Shown here piece by piece: positions 9,041-17,997 of a DNA stretch of 32,000 nucleotides. The notes under the pieces are model-generated. The model was given only the letters and a program-made list of their open reading frames with translations, made no database searches and was not told where the DNA came from. The stretch covers positions 390,001 to 422,000 of the forward strand of contig OY969425.1 in NCBI GenBank assembly GCA_963699255.1, given 5' to 3'. The first letter of the stretch is position 1. Every line of letters starts with the position of its first letter. The DNA comes from an uncultured bacterium. GTDB lineage: Bacteria; Margulisbacteria; WOR-1; CAVSGV01. The position numbers were made by a program, and so were the translations under genes.

Positions 9041-9661
9041 TTAATATCCCAGCGCTCGAAGCCTTAATGCCTCAAGTGTTTCCTGCAGGCCCAGTCCTGA
9101 CTGTCCGTTTTTGTAATATGCCGATCCAAGGAGCAGATGTATCGCGGCCACGTTCGAATCGATGTCCAGAGCTTTTTTTGCGTACTCAATGGCTTTGTCG
9201 ACCTCGTTCATCTCACCGTATATCGTCGCGATATATCCGTATGCAAATACGTTTTTCGGCTGCATTTTTATGATCTTTTTGAATTCAATGATGGCTTCGT
9301 TCCTTTTATTGTTAAAATATAATGCAAATGCGTACCTGAACCTTACTTTCCAGTCATTTGGGAAGAGCCTTGCTTTTTTCGAATAGATTTTTAGCGCTTT
9401 CGGGGCGAAAGTCTTGTCCATCTCGTCGACTTTCTTCAGTTCGTTCAGCCCATCCTCGATCATGTTGGAATAAGCGTAGGTTATCGCGAGCTCGAAGTGA
9501 AATTGGGGGTCGTTCGGATGGACTTTTACCAGCCACTGTTTGTCGCTGATCTCGTCCTTTAGTTCTTTTGTTCGTTCAAAAGAATAAGCGGAATATTTGG
9601 CTGTGACAAACAAAGCTACCAACAATATGAATAAAATTATCGATCTTTTGATTAGGCGCAT
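9041..9661 (-). CDS. TPR-repeat protein with N-terminal membrane anchor
   Basis: The ORF is open to 9784, but the likely start is the ATG at 9659-9661 (MRLIKRSIILFILLVALFVTAKYSAYSF). TPR motifs include NVFAYGYIATIYGEMNEVDKAIEYAKKALDIDSNVAAIHLLLGSAYYKNGQ. The longer start would translate through two hairpins. Confidence 0.8.
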   Translation of the reverse strand: MRLIKRSIILFILLVALFVTAKYSAYSFERTKELKDEISDKQWLVKVHPNDPQFHFELAITYAYSNMIEDGLNELKKVDEMDKTFAPKALKIYSKKARLFPNDWKVRFRYAFALYFNNKRNEAIIEFKKIIKMQPKNVFAYGYIATIYGEMNEVDKAIEYAKKALDIDSNVAAIHLLLGSAYYKNGQSGLGLQETLEALRLRALGY

Positions 9662-9688
9662 TATTTGGCTCACTTTGAAGTCGGGCTC

Positions 9689-9716
9689 GGAACCTGCGAA
9701 TGAACTTCGCGGGTCC
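9689..9716 (-). repeat. REP-like hairpin, copy 1
   Basis: Reverse complement GGACCC GCGAA GTTCA TTCGC A GGTTCC: 5-bp inner stem, 5-nt loop, bulged A, outer stem with one mismatch. Confidence 0.65.
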
Positions 9717-9721
9717 TTGCA

Positions 9722-9755
9722 CTGGAAACCGCGACGTTTAGTCGCAGGTTTCCAG
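9722..9755 (+). repeat. REP-like hairpin, copy 2
   Basis: CTGGAAACC GCGAC GTTTA GTCGC A GGTTTCCAG: 14-bp stem with a single bulged A. Confidence 0.85.
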
Positions 9756-9780
9756 ATTACCGACCGTTTTTGTAATTTTA

Positions 9781-10635
9781 TCACAAACCCTCCGTTTTAA
9801 ATACGATCTGTTGCTTGATTATTATTTTCATTATATCAATGTATGCGTTCAGCTTCTCTTTGTTGAACGATGAAAAAACGATCATTCCCAGAGTGAAAAG
9901 CAGAAGCAAAGCTCTGTAAAGGGAATATATCACGGGGCCGTAATGCTTCCGGCAATAGTATAATCCGCCCCTGAAGCCTTCAACGAGCAGTTTCTTCCCC
10001 GGGGATTTTTTGCTGCTGAAGCCGCCGTAATGGACTACTTCAGCGAGAGGGTAATAAACCACCTTGATGGAGGCTCCATGTGCTCTTTTGCAGAGATCAA
10101 GGTCGTCGTTATAGAAGAAAAGGTTTTCATCCAGAAGGCCGATCTTGTTAAGGATGGATGTCCTTATGAACATGCAGGCACCTAATACAAAACTCACTTC
10201 TACGGGGACTTTTGAACGCCATTTGCGGGCGGATAATATGCTTCCCTGCCGCTGTATCGAGCCGTCCACGTTCAGAAGTCTTGGTCCGCATATTCCCGTG
10301 TCGGTTTCATTGTCCATGTACGCCGTCATTTTCCCGAACGCGTCATCTTTTATGTATGTGTCATCGTTTAATAGAACTGAATATCTTCCCCTGGCGATCT
10401 TCAGCCCCTTGTTATTGGCCCCCGAAAAACCAAGATTGCTTTTATTTTCGATCAGCGTAACGTCGGGGGCTTTTGATCTGATAAGGGCTTGAGTCCCGTC
10501 GCTTGAATTGTTGTCCACGACTATGATCTCGTATGAGATGGTTTTTGTGAATTTCTTGATCGAATTAATGCATTCTTCAAGGATATTGTTATTGTTCAGC
10601 GTGATAATAATTATGGAAAGGTCCATATTAATCAA
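9781..10635 (-). CDS. Glycosyltransferase family 2 (rhamnosyltransferase/WbbL-like)
   Basis: LSIIIITLNNNNILEECINSI, VVDNNSSDGTQ, NKGLKIARGRYSVLLNDDTYI, FFYNDDLDLCKRA. Confidence 0.9.
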   Translation of the reverse strand: MINMDLSIIIITLNNNNILEECINSIKKFTKTISYEIIVVDNNSSDGTQALIRSKAPDVTLIENKSNLGFSGANNKGLKIARGRYSVLLNDDTYIKDDAFGKMTAYMDNETDTGICGPRLLNVDGSIQRQGSILSARKWRSKVPVEVSFVLGACMFIRTSILNKIGLLDENLFFYNDDLDLCKRAHGASIKVVYYPLAEVVHYGGFSSKKSPGKKLLVEGFRGGLYYCRKHYGPVIYSLYRALLLLFTLGMIVFSSFNKEKLNAYIDIMKIIIKQQIVFKTEGL

Positions 10636-11311
10636 CGAATCTGTATTTGATTATGCTCCACAGCGCTGTTATCCCGTCCCTCCATGTGATTTTTTTCCCC
10701 TCGGTCCATTGGCGACCCTGATAGGAGATGGGTATCTCGATTATCCTCTTCCCGCTTTTGAGCAGCTTTGCGGTAATCTCGGGCTCAAAATCGAAACGGT
10801 TCGCTCTAAGCTTCATGGCTTTGAATATCGGCGCTTTGACCATTTTATAGCAGGTTTCCATGTCGGTCAGCTTTGTTCCGTAAAGTATGTTCGTGGCTAT
10901 AGTGAGCATTTTATTCCCTACCAGGTGCGCGAATGACATCTTTTCTGTTTTTCCGGCGAACCTTGATCCGTAAACGACGTCGGCGGCCCCTGACCTGATG
11001 GGCTCGATAAGCTTCAGGTATTCGTTGGGGTCGTATTCAAGGTCCGCATCCTGGATTATTACAACATCGCCGGTCACATATTGAAGGCCTGTGCGTATGG
11101 CCGCCCCCTTGCCTTTGTTAACGTCATGGAAAATGGTCACGACTCCGCTTTTATTGATGTTTTTCAGGATCTCGCGCGATCCATCCTTGGAACAGTCGTC
11201 CACAAGGATGACTTCTTTCTCAAGGGGAACGGCAAGGACTTTTTCAAGTATCTGCTCGATGGTGTTCTTTTCGTTATAAACGGGTATTATTACCGATAGT
11301 TTCATGATCAA
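10628..11311 (-). CDS. Glycosyltransferase family 2, dolichyl/undecaprenyl-phosphate hexose synthase (Dpm1)-like
   Basis: KLSVIIPVYNEKNTIEQILEKVLAVP, VILVDDCSKDGSREIL, NKGKGAAIRTGLQYVTGDVVIIQDADLEYDPNEY, DMETCYKMVK. Confidence 0.92.
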   Translation of the reverse strand: MIMKLSVIIPVYNEKNTIEQILEKVLAVPLEKEVILVDDCSKDGSREILKNINKSGVVTIFHDVNKGKGAAIRTGLQYVTGDVVIIQDADLEYDPNEYLKLIEPIRSGAADVVYGSRFAGKTEKMSFAHLVGNKMLTIATNILYGTKLTDMETCYKMVKAPIFKAMKLRANRFDFEPEITAKLLKSGKRIIEIPISYQGRQWTEGKKITWRDGITALWSIIKYRFVD

Positions 11312-12918
11312 TTAGAGAACAGGGAGTAATTGGCGCTTTTGTCCAATACTTTGATCTTTCCTTTCAATGACGATTGGAGCTCCTTTACTGCGGCCTCATT
11401 TTCCGAGATGCAATATACCTTGTTCTTTGAGAGCAGCAATCGTTCAATTTCCTTTTCTTTTCTGGTGAAGATCACGTTATTTTTAGCGTAGTATATCATA
11501 AAATGTGCGTCCGTTCCTTTATATTGGCATACGATGTCGGAGGGTCTGGCGACCGCGTTGATCTTGCCGCAGAAGGCTCTTATCGGATTGATCCTGGGGT
11601 AATAAACGGACATGCTGAGTATCAGGGCCAGGTATGCCAGAATGGATATCGCGGCAAATGAGAGGATCGAAGCGGCCGGCTTCTTCAATGCTCCGAGAAC
11701 AGATCCCACAAGCAGGCATAAACACATAAAGACCAAAAAAGGAAGAAGCAGGGGAAGGTAATACGGACCTATTTTTGAATTGTTGGCATAGAGCAGGACC
11801 GACGATATCAGCAGCACTGGCAGGATGGCGATGAGAGTGAACCAGGAAGACCATTTATGCAGTCGTGCAGCTTCCTTGTCCCGGACGGCATCCGCCAGCA
11901 TCCTTCCCACGATGATCGACAGGGCAGGGAAGGCGGGTAGGATGTACCTTGAGATCTTGTAGTTAAGCGACAGGGAGAAGAACAATATGATCGATAACGC
12001 GAATATCACGGGAAGAAGGTTCGATCTTCTTTTTATGTTGTAATATACCGCCGGATAAACGAACGCCGACCACGGTATCGCGAGAATAAGCAGCTGCAGG
12101 AAATAGGAGTAAAAATCATATTGGGGCTTGATGGCTTTATATTTATCGACTTCATTTCCGATAGTGTCGACGGGCTTTAAATACCTTCCAAAATTATGTC
12201 CGATGAATATGTCCGTGAACCGTTGACCCAAGATCCTGTATTCGATAATAAACCAGGGAAGAGTCATAAGCAGGAAAAGCGCAGCCGCGGATATTATGTG
12301 GATTATTCCGGGGAGTTTTGCCCTTTTGATGATCCAATATACGAACAGCGCTAACCCCGGCAGAACAAGCCCTACCGGGCCTTTTGTCATGACAGCAAGG
12401 GCTACAAAGACCGGGATGAAATAAAAATAAATAAGTTTTCCTCTTTTCTCGAAAAGTAAAAATGCGTAAACGGACAGAAGGACGAACAGCGTAAGGGGGA
12501 TATCCTGAAGGGGCGACCTCGCCTGATAAAAGAACTGCGCGGACGTCGCAAGAACTAAAGAGGATATGAATGCGGTCTGGGCATCAAATAACTCTTTTGC
12601 AAGCTTATAAGTGAATATCACGATAAGGAGCGCGCAAATGCTGTGCCAGAAACTAGCCGCGAAGTCGTTAAAGCCGAAGACCTTGAACGATGCCGCCGTC
12701 ATCCACATCACGAGCGGTGGTTTATCGATGATCGAGGACGCGTCACCGTAATGCATCGTGAGCCAGTCGCCGCTATCGACGATATTCTTGGCTATCTTCG
12801 CGTAAAAAGCTGAATCACCATCGGTCAGGGGGATAACGTGAATATTCCAGAAAAATAGGACGAATGTAACGAGAGCAAGGATGATCAAATAATATTTTTC
12901 ATTTTTCAAGATATTCAT
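11308..12918 (-). CDS. ArnT/GT39-like (GT-C) membrane glycosyltransferase
   Basis: GDSAFYAKIAKNIVDSGDWLTMHYGD...DKPPLVMWMTAASFKVFGFNDFAASF followed by many TM segments. Confidence 0.9.
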   Translation of the reverse strand: MNILKNEKYYLIILALVTFVLFFWNIHVIPLTDGDSAFYAKIAKNIVDSGDWLTMHYGDASSIIDKPPLVMWMTAASFKVFGFNDFAASFWHSICALLIVIFTYKLAKELFDAQTAFISSLVLATSAQFFYQARSPLQDIPLTLFVLLSVYAFLLFEKRGKLIYFYFIPVFVALAVMTKGPVGLVLPGLALFVYWIIKRAKLPGIIHIISAAALFLLMTLPWFIIEYRILGQRFTDIFIGHNFGRYLKPVDTIGNEVDKYKAIKPQYDFYSYFLQLLILAIPWSAFVYPAVYYNIKRRSNLLPVIFALSIILFFSLSLNYKISRYILPAFPALSIIVGRMLADAVRDKEAARLHKWSSWFTLIAILPVLLISSVLLYANNSKIGPYYLPLLLPFLVFMCLCLLVGSVLGALKKPAASILSFAAISILAYLALILSMSVYYPRINPIRAFCGKINAVARPSDIVCQYKGTDAHFMIYYAKNNVIFTRKEKEIERLLLSKNKVYCISENEAAVKELQSSLKGKIKVLDKSANYSLFSN

Positions 12919-14854
12919 CTATTATCTCCTCGATCTCTTTGACCTGGATACCGATATCAAAGTGCTTTTCTGCTCGTTTTCGTCCGGCTGCTGCCAGAGA
13001 ATCAGCAAGAGGTTTGTTCGTTAACAGCTTTATGGCCGCATCAGCCAGGCTTTTTTCGTCCCCGGGAGGCACGAGCAGTCCCGTTCTTCCGTCTTCGATG
13101 ATCTCGGGGATCCCGCCGACGTTCGTAGCTATCACCGGCTTGCCGCAGCCCATTGCCTCGATTATGATCCTGCCGAACGGTTCTGAGAGTGAGGGCGCGA
13201 CCAGGAGATCTCCAGCGGCCATTACGTCATAGACATCCGGCCTCGTGCCCATAAAGATGATATTCCCGCCCTTTGCCATGGATCTTAGCTTATTGAGATA
13301 GTTTTTCTGTCCCGGAAGAGGCTTTCCTATGATAAGCAATTTGGCCTCCGGCACGGACGATCTGATCGCGGGGAAGGCTTTAATAAGGTGCCTGATGCCT
13401 TTTCTTTCTTCAAGAGAGCCCACAAATACGATTATTTTGCCTTTCAGGTCGAATTCCAGCCTTATCCTGTCTGGGTCCAGTCTTTGAAAATCAGAGAGAT
13501 CTATCGCATTGTGAACGACCGCCGCTTTTTCCGATCTAATAAAGCTTTTCATCCAGTTTGATATCAAGATAATCTTATCCGACCAGAGCCTGATCTTTGA
13601 TCTTATAACAAGATTGTTCAAGCCTCGCAGGTCTTCCCTTATGTGGGATATTACCGGGATGCCGAGAAGCCTGGCCGATTTTGCAGCCCAGATAGTGGCT
13701 GAGGTGTTCAGATAGAGCAGATCGATCTGCCTTTCTTTCAATATTCTGTATATTTTGTAAGAAGGGAATATCTTGTGGAATAAATTGTCCATATAGACCT
13801 GATAGGGAATATTTGAAGCGTCGAGTTTTGCCCTGATCGGCCCCGGATCCGAAAGAGCGACAATGGGATGATATTTTTCCCTATTCAGGTTTTTGACCAG
13901 AAGAGTGAGGCTGATAGGAGCTCCGGAAAGAGCGGAAATGTGTGAGACGAACAAAATGCTTTGTTTGTTGCCTTTGAACCTGCTGTGCATTTTAGAGAAA
14001 TGTTTGTCTTTGTATTTCTCGAAACCTTCTTTTATGCCCGTTGAAAAGTTATAGAACATCAAAAGTTCCTTTGGGAGACGTTTTTCAAAAACGGACAATA
14101 CTTTTTGGATCAATATTGTCAGCAAGTGGGCGCTTAGATTTATCTTAACTAAAAGGGAGGGATGCTTTTTGTAAAAAAGGACCGAAGACCTGCCGACCTG
14201 CCTTCTCCTGAAGCACCTTTCCTCATAGGTCCATCCGACACCGAATATGTAGCCGACGGCGTTGGGATCCACCTTGAACCTGCATCCCGATTCCTTAAGC
14301 CTCCAGCCCATCTCCGCATCCTGCAGGCCGTATTCCCTGAAATCCTCGTCAAAGCCGAACACGGACATTAAAGCGCGTTTTTTTATCGAAATGTTGTTGG
14401 TTATGAATATCCTGAAGGGCTGCTGTTCATATCCCGGGGCTTTGATCTGGCCTTCATCAATATATTCCGTTTCCTTCGGCGCGTCCTTAGCCTGTTCAAC
14501 GAATTCCACACGACCTCTTACGACTTCTACGCCGTATTTGCCGTGATATTTTATGTGCTCTTCAATGAGCCGCCTGTCCACAACTATGTGGTCATCGATG
14601 AAAAGGATTATCTCGCCGGCTGCATGTTCAAGGCCCATGTTCCTCGCCGCGGACCTGCCGGAGTTTTTCTGCCACACATGTTTGATAGGGTAGGAGAGTT
14701 TTAGCGCTTTAACCGCTTGTTTAGTGCCGTCAGAGCCGCCGTCATCCGCGACTATAACTTCGAAATCCTTGAAAGTCTGGTCATTTAAGGAGAGAAGCGT
14801 CGTTCTGAGGGTCTCTTTCCTGTTATATGTTGGTATTATTACGCTTAGTTTCAT
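12899..14854 (-). CDS. Two-domain glycosyltransferase: N-terminal GT2 plus C-terminal GT4
   Basis: N-terminal MKLSVIIPTYNRKETLRTTLLSLNDQTFKDFEVIVADDGGSDGT; C-terminal KIIVFVGSLEERKGIRHLIKAFPAI ... LLVAPSLSEPFGRIIIEAMGCGKPVIATNVGGIPEIIEDGRTGLLVPPGD. Confidence 0.9.
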   Translation of the reverse strand: MKLSVIIPTYNRKETLRTTLLSLNDQTFKDFEVIVADDGGSDGTKQAVKALKLSYPIKHVWQKNSGRSAARNMGLEHAAGEIILFIDDHIVVDRRLIEEHIKYHGKYGVEVVRGRVEFVEQAKDAPKETEYIDEGQIKAPGYEQQPFRIFITNNISIKKRALMSVFGFDEDFREYGLQDAEMGWRLKESGCRFKVDPNAVGYIFGVGWTYEERCFRRRQVGRSSVLFYKKHPSLLVKINLSAHLLTILIQKVLSVFEKRLPKELLMFYNFSTGIKEGFEKYKDKHFSKMHSRFKGNKQSILFVSHISALSGAPISLTLLVKNLNREKYHPIVALSDPGPIRAKLDASNIPYQVYMDNLFHKIFPSYKIYRILKERQIDLLYLNTSATIWAAKSARLLGIPVISHIREDLRGLNNLVIRSKIRLWSDKIILISNWMKSFIRSEKAAVVHNAIDLSDFQRLDPDRIRLEFDLKGKIIVFVGSLEERKGIRHLIKAFPAIRSSVPEAKLLIIGKPLPGQKNYLNKLRSMAKGGNIIFMGTRPDVYDVMAAGDLLVAPSLSEPFGRIIIEAMGCGKPVIATNVGGIPEIIEDGRTGLLVPPGDEKSLADAAIKLLTNKPLADSLAAAGRKRAEKHFDIGIQVKEIEEIIDEYLEK

Positions 14855-14856
14855 GA

Positions 14857-15756
14857 TTATCCTATTATATGAAGCACGGATTTGACGACCGCGGCGAACA
14901 ATAGTGCTGTCACTCCAAGGGCCAGAACGACCTGAAGGATATCAAGACCCCACAGCGCAAAAACGCTCAACACGCCTTTGTGTTTTTTGAAAAAGTAATT
15001 CCTGCTTTTTCTCCATGTGACCATACCTTTTAATATCTGCGGAATGCTCTTCCATTGTTTAAAACTCTGGCTCAGGTGATGCTTTATCCGGGCTTCCGGC
15101 GTGAAGAATATTTTCCATCCCGCTTTTTTAATTCTATATAAAAGGTCCACCTCATCGAACCAGATGAAGATGTTCTGATCGAACAGCCCTACAGCATCCA
15201 GTACCTCTTTTTTTATCATAAGGGCCGATCCCATGGGCTGGTCAACCTCTCTTGTCTCGTTGAAATCCCACCATGTCATGAAGTATTTCCCGAACAACCT
15301 GCTTTTGGGGAACAGTGAATCGAGGAACAGCGCGCTGTACAGCATTAGCTCAAGGTTCGGAAATGTTCTGCATGACCTCTGGAGGATTCCGTCGGTATTC
15401 AAAAGCTTACAGCCCAGCGCCCCGCAATCGCGCCTGCTTTCCATGAACCGCAACATTGTATTTAACGCGTTGTCCAGGATCTCGGTATCCGGGTTTAAAA
15501 GCATTATATATCGTCCCTGTGCGACATTTATTGCCTGATTGTTCGCTATGGTGAACCCTGCATTGGTCTTGTTCTCGATGAGCACAACTTGAGGGAAATC
15601 TTTTTTTACCATCCGGACGCTCTCATCGGACGATCTGTTGTCTACAACGATCACTTCGAACGAAATGTCTTTTGTGTTCATATATATTGATCCGAGGCAT
15701 GCCTTCAGAAGATCTTTGACGTTCCAGTTAACTATGCAGATTGACAGGTCAATCAT
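14857..15756 (-). CDS. Glycosyltransferase family 2
   Basis: DLSICIVNWNVKDLLKACLGSIY, VVDNRSSDESV, NAGFTIANNQAINVAQGRYIMLLNPDTEI, FIWFDEVDLLYRIKKAG. Confidence 0.92.
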   Translation of the reverse strand: MIDLSICIVNWNVKDLLKACLGSIYMNTKDISFEVIVVDNRSSDESVRMVKKDFPQVVLIENKTNAGFTIANNQAINVAQGRYIMLLNPDTEILDNALNTMLRFMESRRDCGALGCKLLNTDGILQRSCRTFPNLELMLYSALFLDSLFPKSRLFGKYFMTWWDFNETREVDQPMGSALMIKKEVLDAVGLFDQNIFIWFDEVDLLYRIKKAGWKIFFTPEARIKHHLSQSFKQWKSIPQILKGMVTWRKSRNYFFKKHKGVLSVFALWGLDILQVVLALGVTALLFAAVVKSVLHIIG

Positions 15757-16831
15757 TGGCGGCCTGCTTTATGGCTGAGACGAACTTTTCTACCGCTGTC
15801 TCGAGCGAGTAAAACTCCATCGCGTTCTTCCTGGCTGACCTTCCCATTTCCACTCTCATATCTTTGTTCTCGATGAGCTTTGAAAGCTTATCCTCCCAAT
15901 CCTTGTTGGTTTTCGCTAGATATCCGCATTTCTCATCCTTCAGAAGAGTAGTGTTTATTCCCACGGGGCTAGCCACGGAGGGTATGCCCAGAGCCATGTA
16001 CTGGAGCAGCTTGTAGCTTCCCTTGCCGCGGGACCATTCGTCGTCGGTAAGAGGCATTATACCGATATCGAACGAGGCAAGCTCATCGAGTTCAGTTTTC
16101 AGGCTCCATTCGACCAGCTTTATCTTTGGCTGGGAAGATACAAAACCCCTCGTGCCTATCAGCTTAACCTCCGCGTTCGGATATTTCTCGCATATCTTCT
16201 CGAGAGCATCTTTTATTTCAAAAAGATAATAGGTATTGCTGTGGCTCCCGATCCATCCTACCGTTACGGCCTTGCGGCCCTCCTTTGAAGAGGGACGGTA
16301 GCGGTTCGTATCGATAGGCCCAAGGATGGTCGTTACGTTACTGCAGTTCTCTTTTGCCACAGCTTCGGTGGAGGGGAGTTCAACTATCATGTGCCTTGCG
16401 GTTTTCATGTATTCTATCGCGGCGTTCACGCGCACCGTTTGTTTGACTTTGGCCAGCTCAGCCGAATGCAGCGTGTATATCGCGTCATCGATGTCGTAGA
16501 CATATTTGATCTTGAGGGCCCTTAATAAATAAAGCAGCCTCATCAGCGTGATCTTTTGCGCGAAAACCACGTCATATCTTTTTATGTTAAGCAGCGACCA
16601 TATTATTTTTGATGTCATGACGAAGTAATTGACCAGCTCGCTCATTATGAAGTCATAAATTTTCAGGATAGGATTATTATTGTCTTTGAACCGGGGCCTT
16701 ATTGCCTTGCCGTTCCATGCAACGATGTCATATTCGATACCGTGCTGTTCGAGGTAGGGCAGGAACTGGTAGACTCTGGTCCTGCTGCTTGCGCGGGTTT
16801 CGTCGTCGACTGGTAAAAATAGGACTTTCAT
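15749..16831 (-). CDS. GT4-like (GT-B) glycosyltransferase
   Basis: VTVGWIGSHSNTYYLFEIKDALEKICEKYPNAEVKLIG ... FDIGIMPLTDDEWSRGKGSYKLLQYMALGIPSVASPVG. Confidence 0.85.
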   Translation of the reverse strand: MKVLFLPVDDETRASSRTRVYQFLPYLEQHGIEYDIVAWNGKAIRPRFKDNNNPILKIYDFIMSELVNYFVMTSKIIWSLLNIKRYDVVFAQKITLMRLLYLLRALKIKYVYDIDDAIYTLHSAELAKVKQTVRVNAAIEYMKTARHMIVELPSTEAVAKENCSNVTTILGPIDTNRYRPSSKEGRKAVTVGWIGSHSNTYYLFEIKDALEKICEKYPNAEVKLIGTRGFVSSQPKIKLVEWSLKTELDELASFDIGIMPLTDDEWSRGKGSYKLLQYMALGIPSVASPVGINTTLLKDEKCGYLAKTNKDWEDKLSKLIENKDMRVEMGRSARKNAMEFYSLETAVEKFVSAIKQAAND

Positions 16832-17947
16832 TTATTTATAAAAAGACTTGATCGAATTAATGACCTTTTCCTGGTCCCTGGCTGTCAGATCGGGGAAAAG
16901 CGGCAGAGTGACGAGCTTCTTCCATACCTTTTCGGCCACAGGAAGACTGACCCTGAAATCCTTGTAGACGTCATAAAGGTGATTGGGTATATAGTGAACG
17001 CCCGTTGATATACCGTTCTCTTTTAAGTATTCGATCAGATCGTCCCTTGACCGCGCCTTGATCACATAGTTGTGATAAGCGTTCTTGGCGTAAGGTTTGA
17101 TCACCGGAATTTCAATGTCTCTTATTTTTGACAGGTGCCTGTTGTAATTCAGATAGAGCTTCTCCCTTTTCCTGTTCGTTTTGCCAAGTTTTTTCAATTG
17201 AACAAGGCCTATTACCGCGGGAATATCGTTCATGTGGTACTTAAATCCAAGTTCTTCGACGTTGTAATACCATGAATATCCCTTGTTCGGGAGGTTCCTG
17301 CTGAAAGTGTCCCTGCTGATGCCGAGCCACCTTAATCTTTTCAGCCTCTCCGCCAGTTTCCTGTCATTCAGCGTGATCATTCCGCCTTCGCCTGTGGCAA
17401 GGTTCTTTACCGCGTGGAAACTGAAGCAGGCAATGTCCCCGATAGAGCCGAGTTTTCTGCCATTATGTTCCCCGCCGCAGCCGTGCGCGCAGTCCTCAAT
17501 GACCTTGAGTCCGTGTTTTTTCGCTATCGCCATAATGCGGTCCATGTCGCAAGCGTGTCCGCCATAGTGGACGACGACTATCGCTCTTGTTTTGCCAGTG
17601 ACCTTTTTTTCGATGTCAGACGGGTCGATATTCAAGGTGTCTTTTTCAATGTCGGCGAACACCGGCCTGGCGTTATTGTATAGGATCGCGTGATTCGTGG
17701 AGATAAATGTCATCGGGGTGGTTATGACCTCTCCGCCTTCGATATCCATGACCTTCATCGCAAGGTGAAGCGCCGCGGTGCAGGAATTCAGCGCGACAGC
17801 GTATTTTGTGCCCGTATATTTCGCGAACTTTTCTTCAAATTCGGCGGTTTTAGGCCCAAGCCCGATCCAGCCCGTTTTGAAGATCGCTTTGAGGGCGTCC
17901 AGTTCTTCTTTTCCGATAGACGGTTTGAATACAGGTATCATAAACAA
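16832..17947 (-). CDS. DegT/DnrJ/EryC1/StrS-family sugar aminotransferase
   Basis: PVFKPSIGKEELDALKAIFKTGWIGLGPKTAEFE, ALNSCTAALHLAM, VVHYGGHACDMDRI, PLP-lysine region CFSFHAVKNLATGEGGM. Confidence 0.92.
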   Translation of the reverse strand: MFMIPVFKPSIGKEELDALKAIFKTGWIGLGPKTAEFEEKFAKYTGTKYAVALNSCTAALHLAMKVMDIEGGEVITTPMTFISTNHAILYNNARPVFADIEKDTLNIDPSDIEKKVTGKTRAIVVVHYGGHACDMDRIMAIAKKHGLKVIEDCAHGCGGEHNGRKLGSIGDIACFSFHAVKNLATGEGGMITLNDRKLAERLKRLRWLGISRDTFSRNLPNKGYSWYYNVEELGFKYHMNDIPAVIGLVQLKKLGKTNRKREKLYLNYNRHLSKIRDIEIPVIKPYAKNAYHNYVIKARSRDDLIEYLKENGISTGVHYIPNHLYDVYKDFRVSLPVAEKVWKKLVTLPLFPDLTARDQEKVINSIKSFYK

Positions 17948-17997
17948 TAGATTATATCATAAATTTATTGTGCTGATAAGGGAAAAGACGATAAATC

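Noticed and set aside
9662-9784. Extended N-terminus of the TPR protein ORF
   Set aside because: It covers the left hairpin pair. The internal ATG at 9661 gives a normal membrane anchor, so the extension is not believed to be translated.
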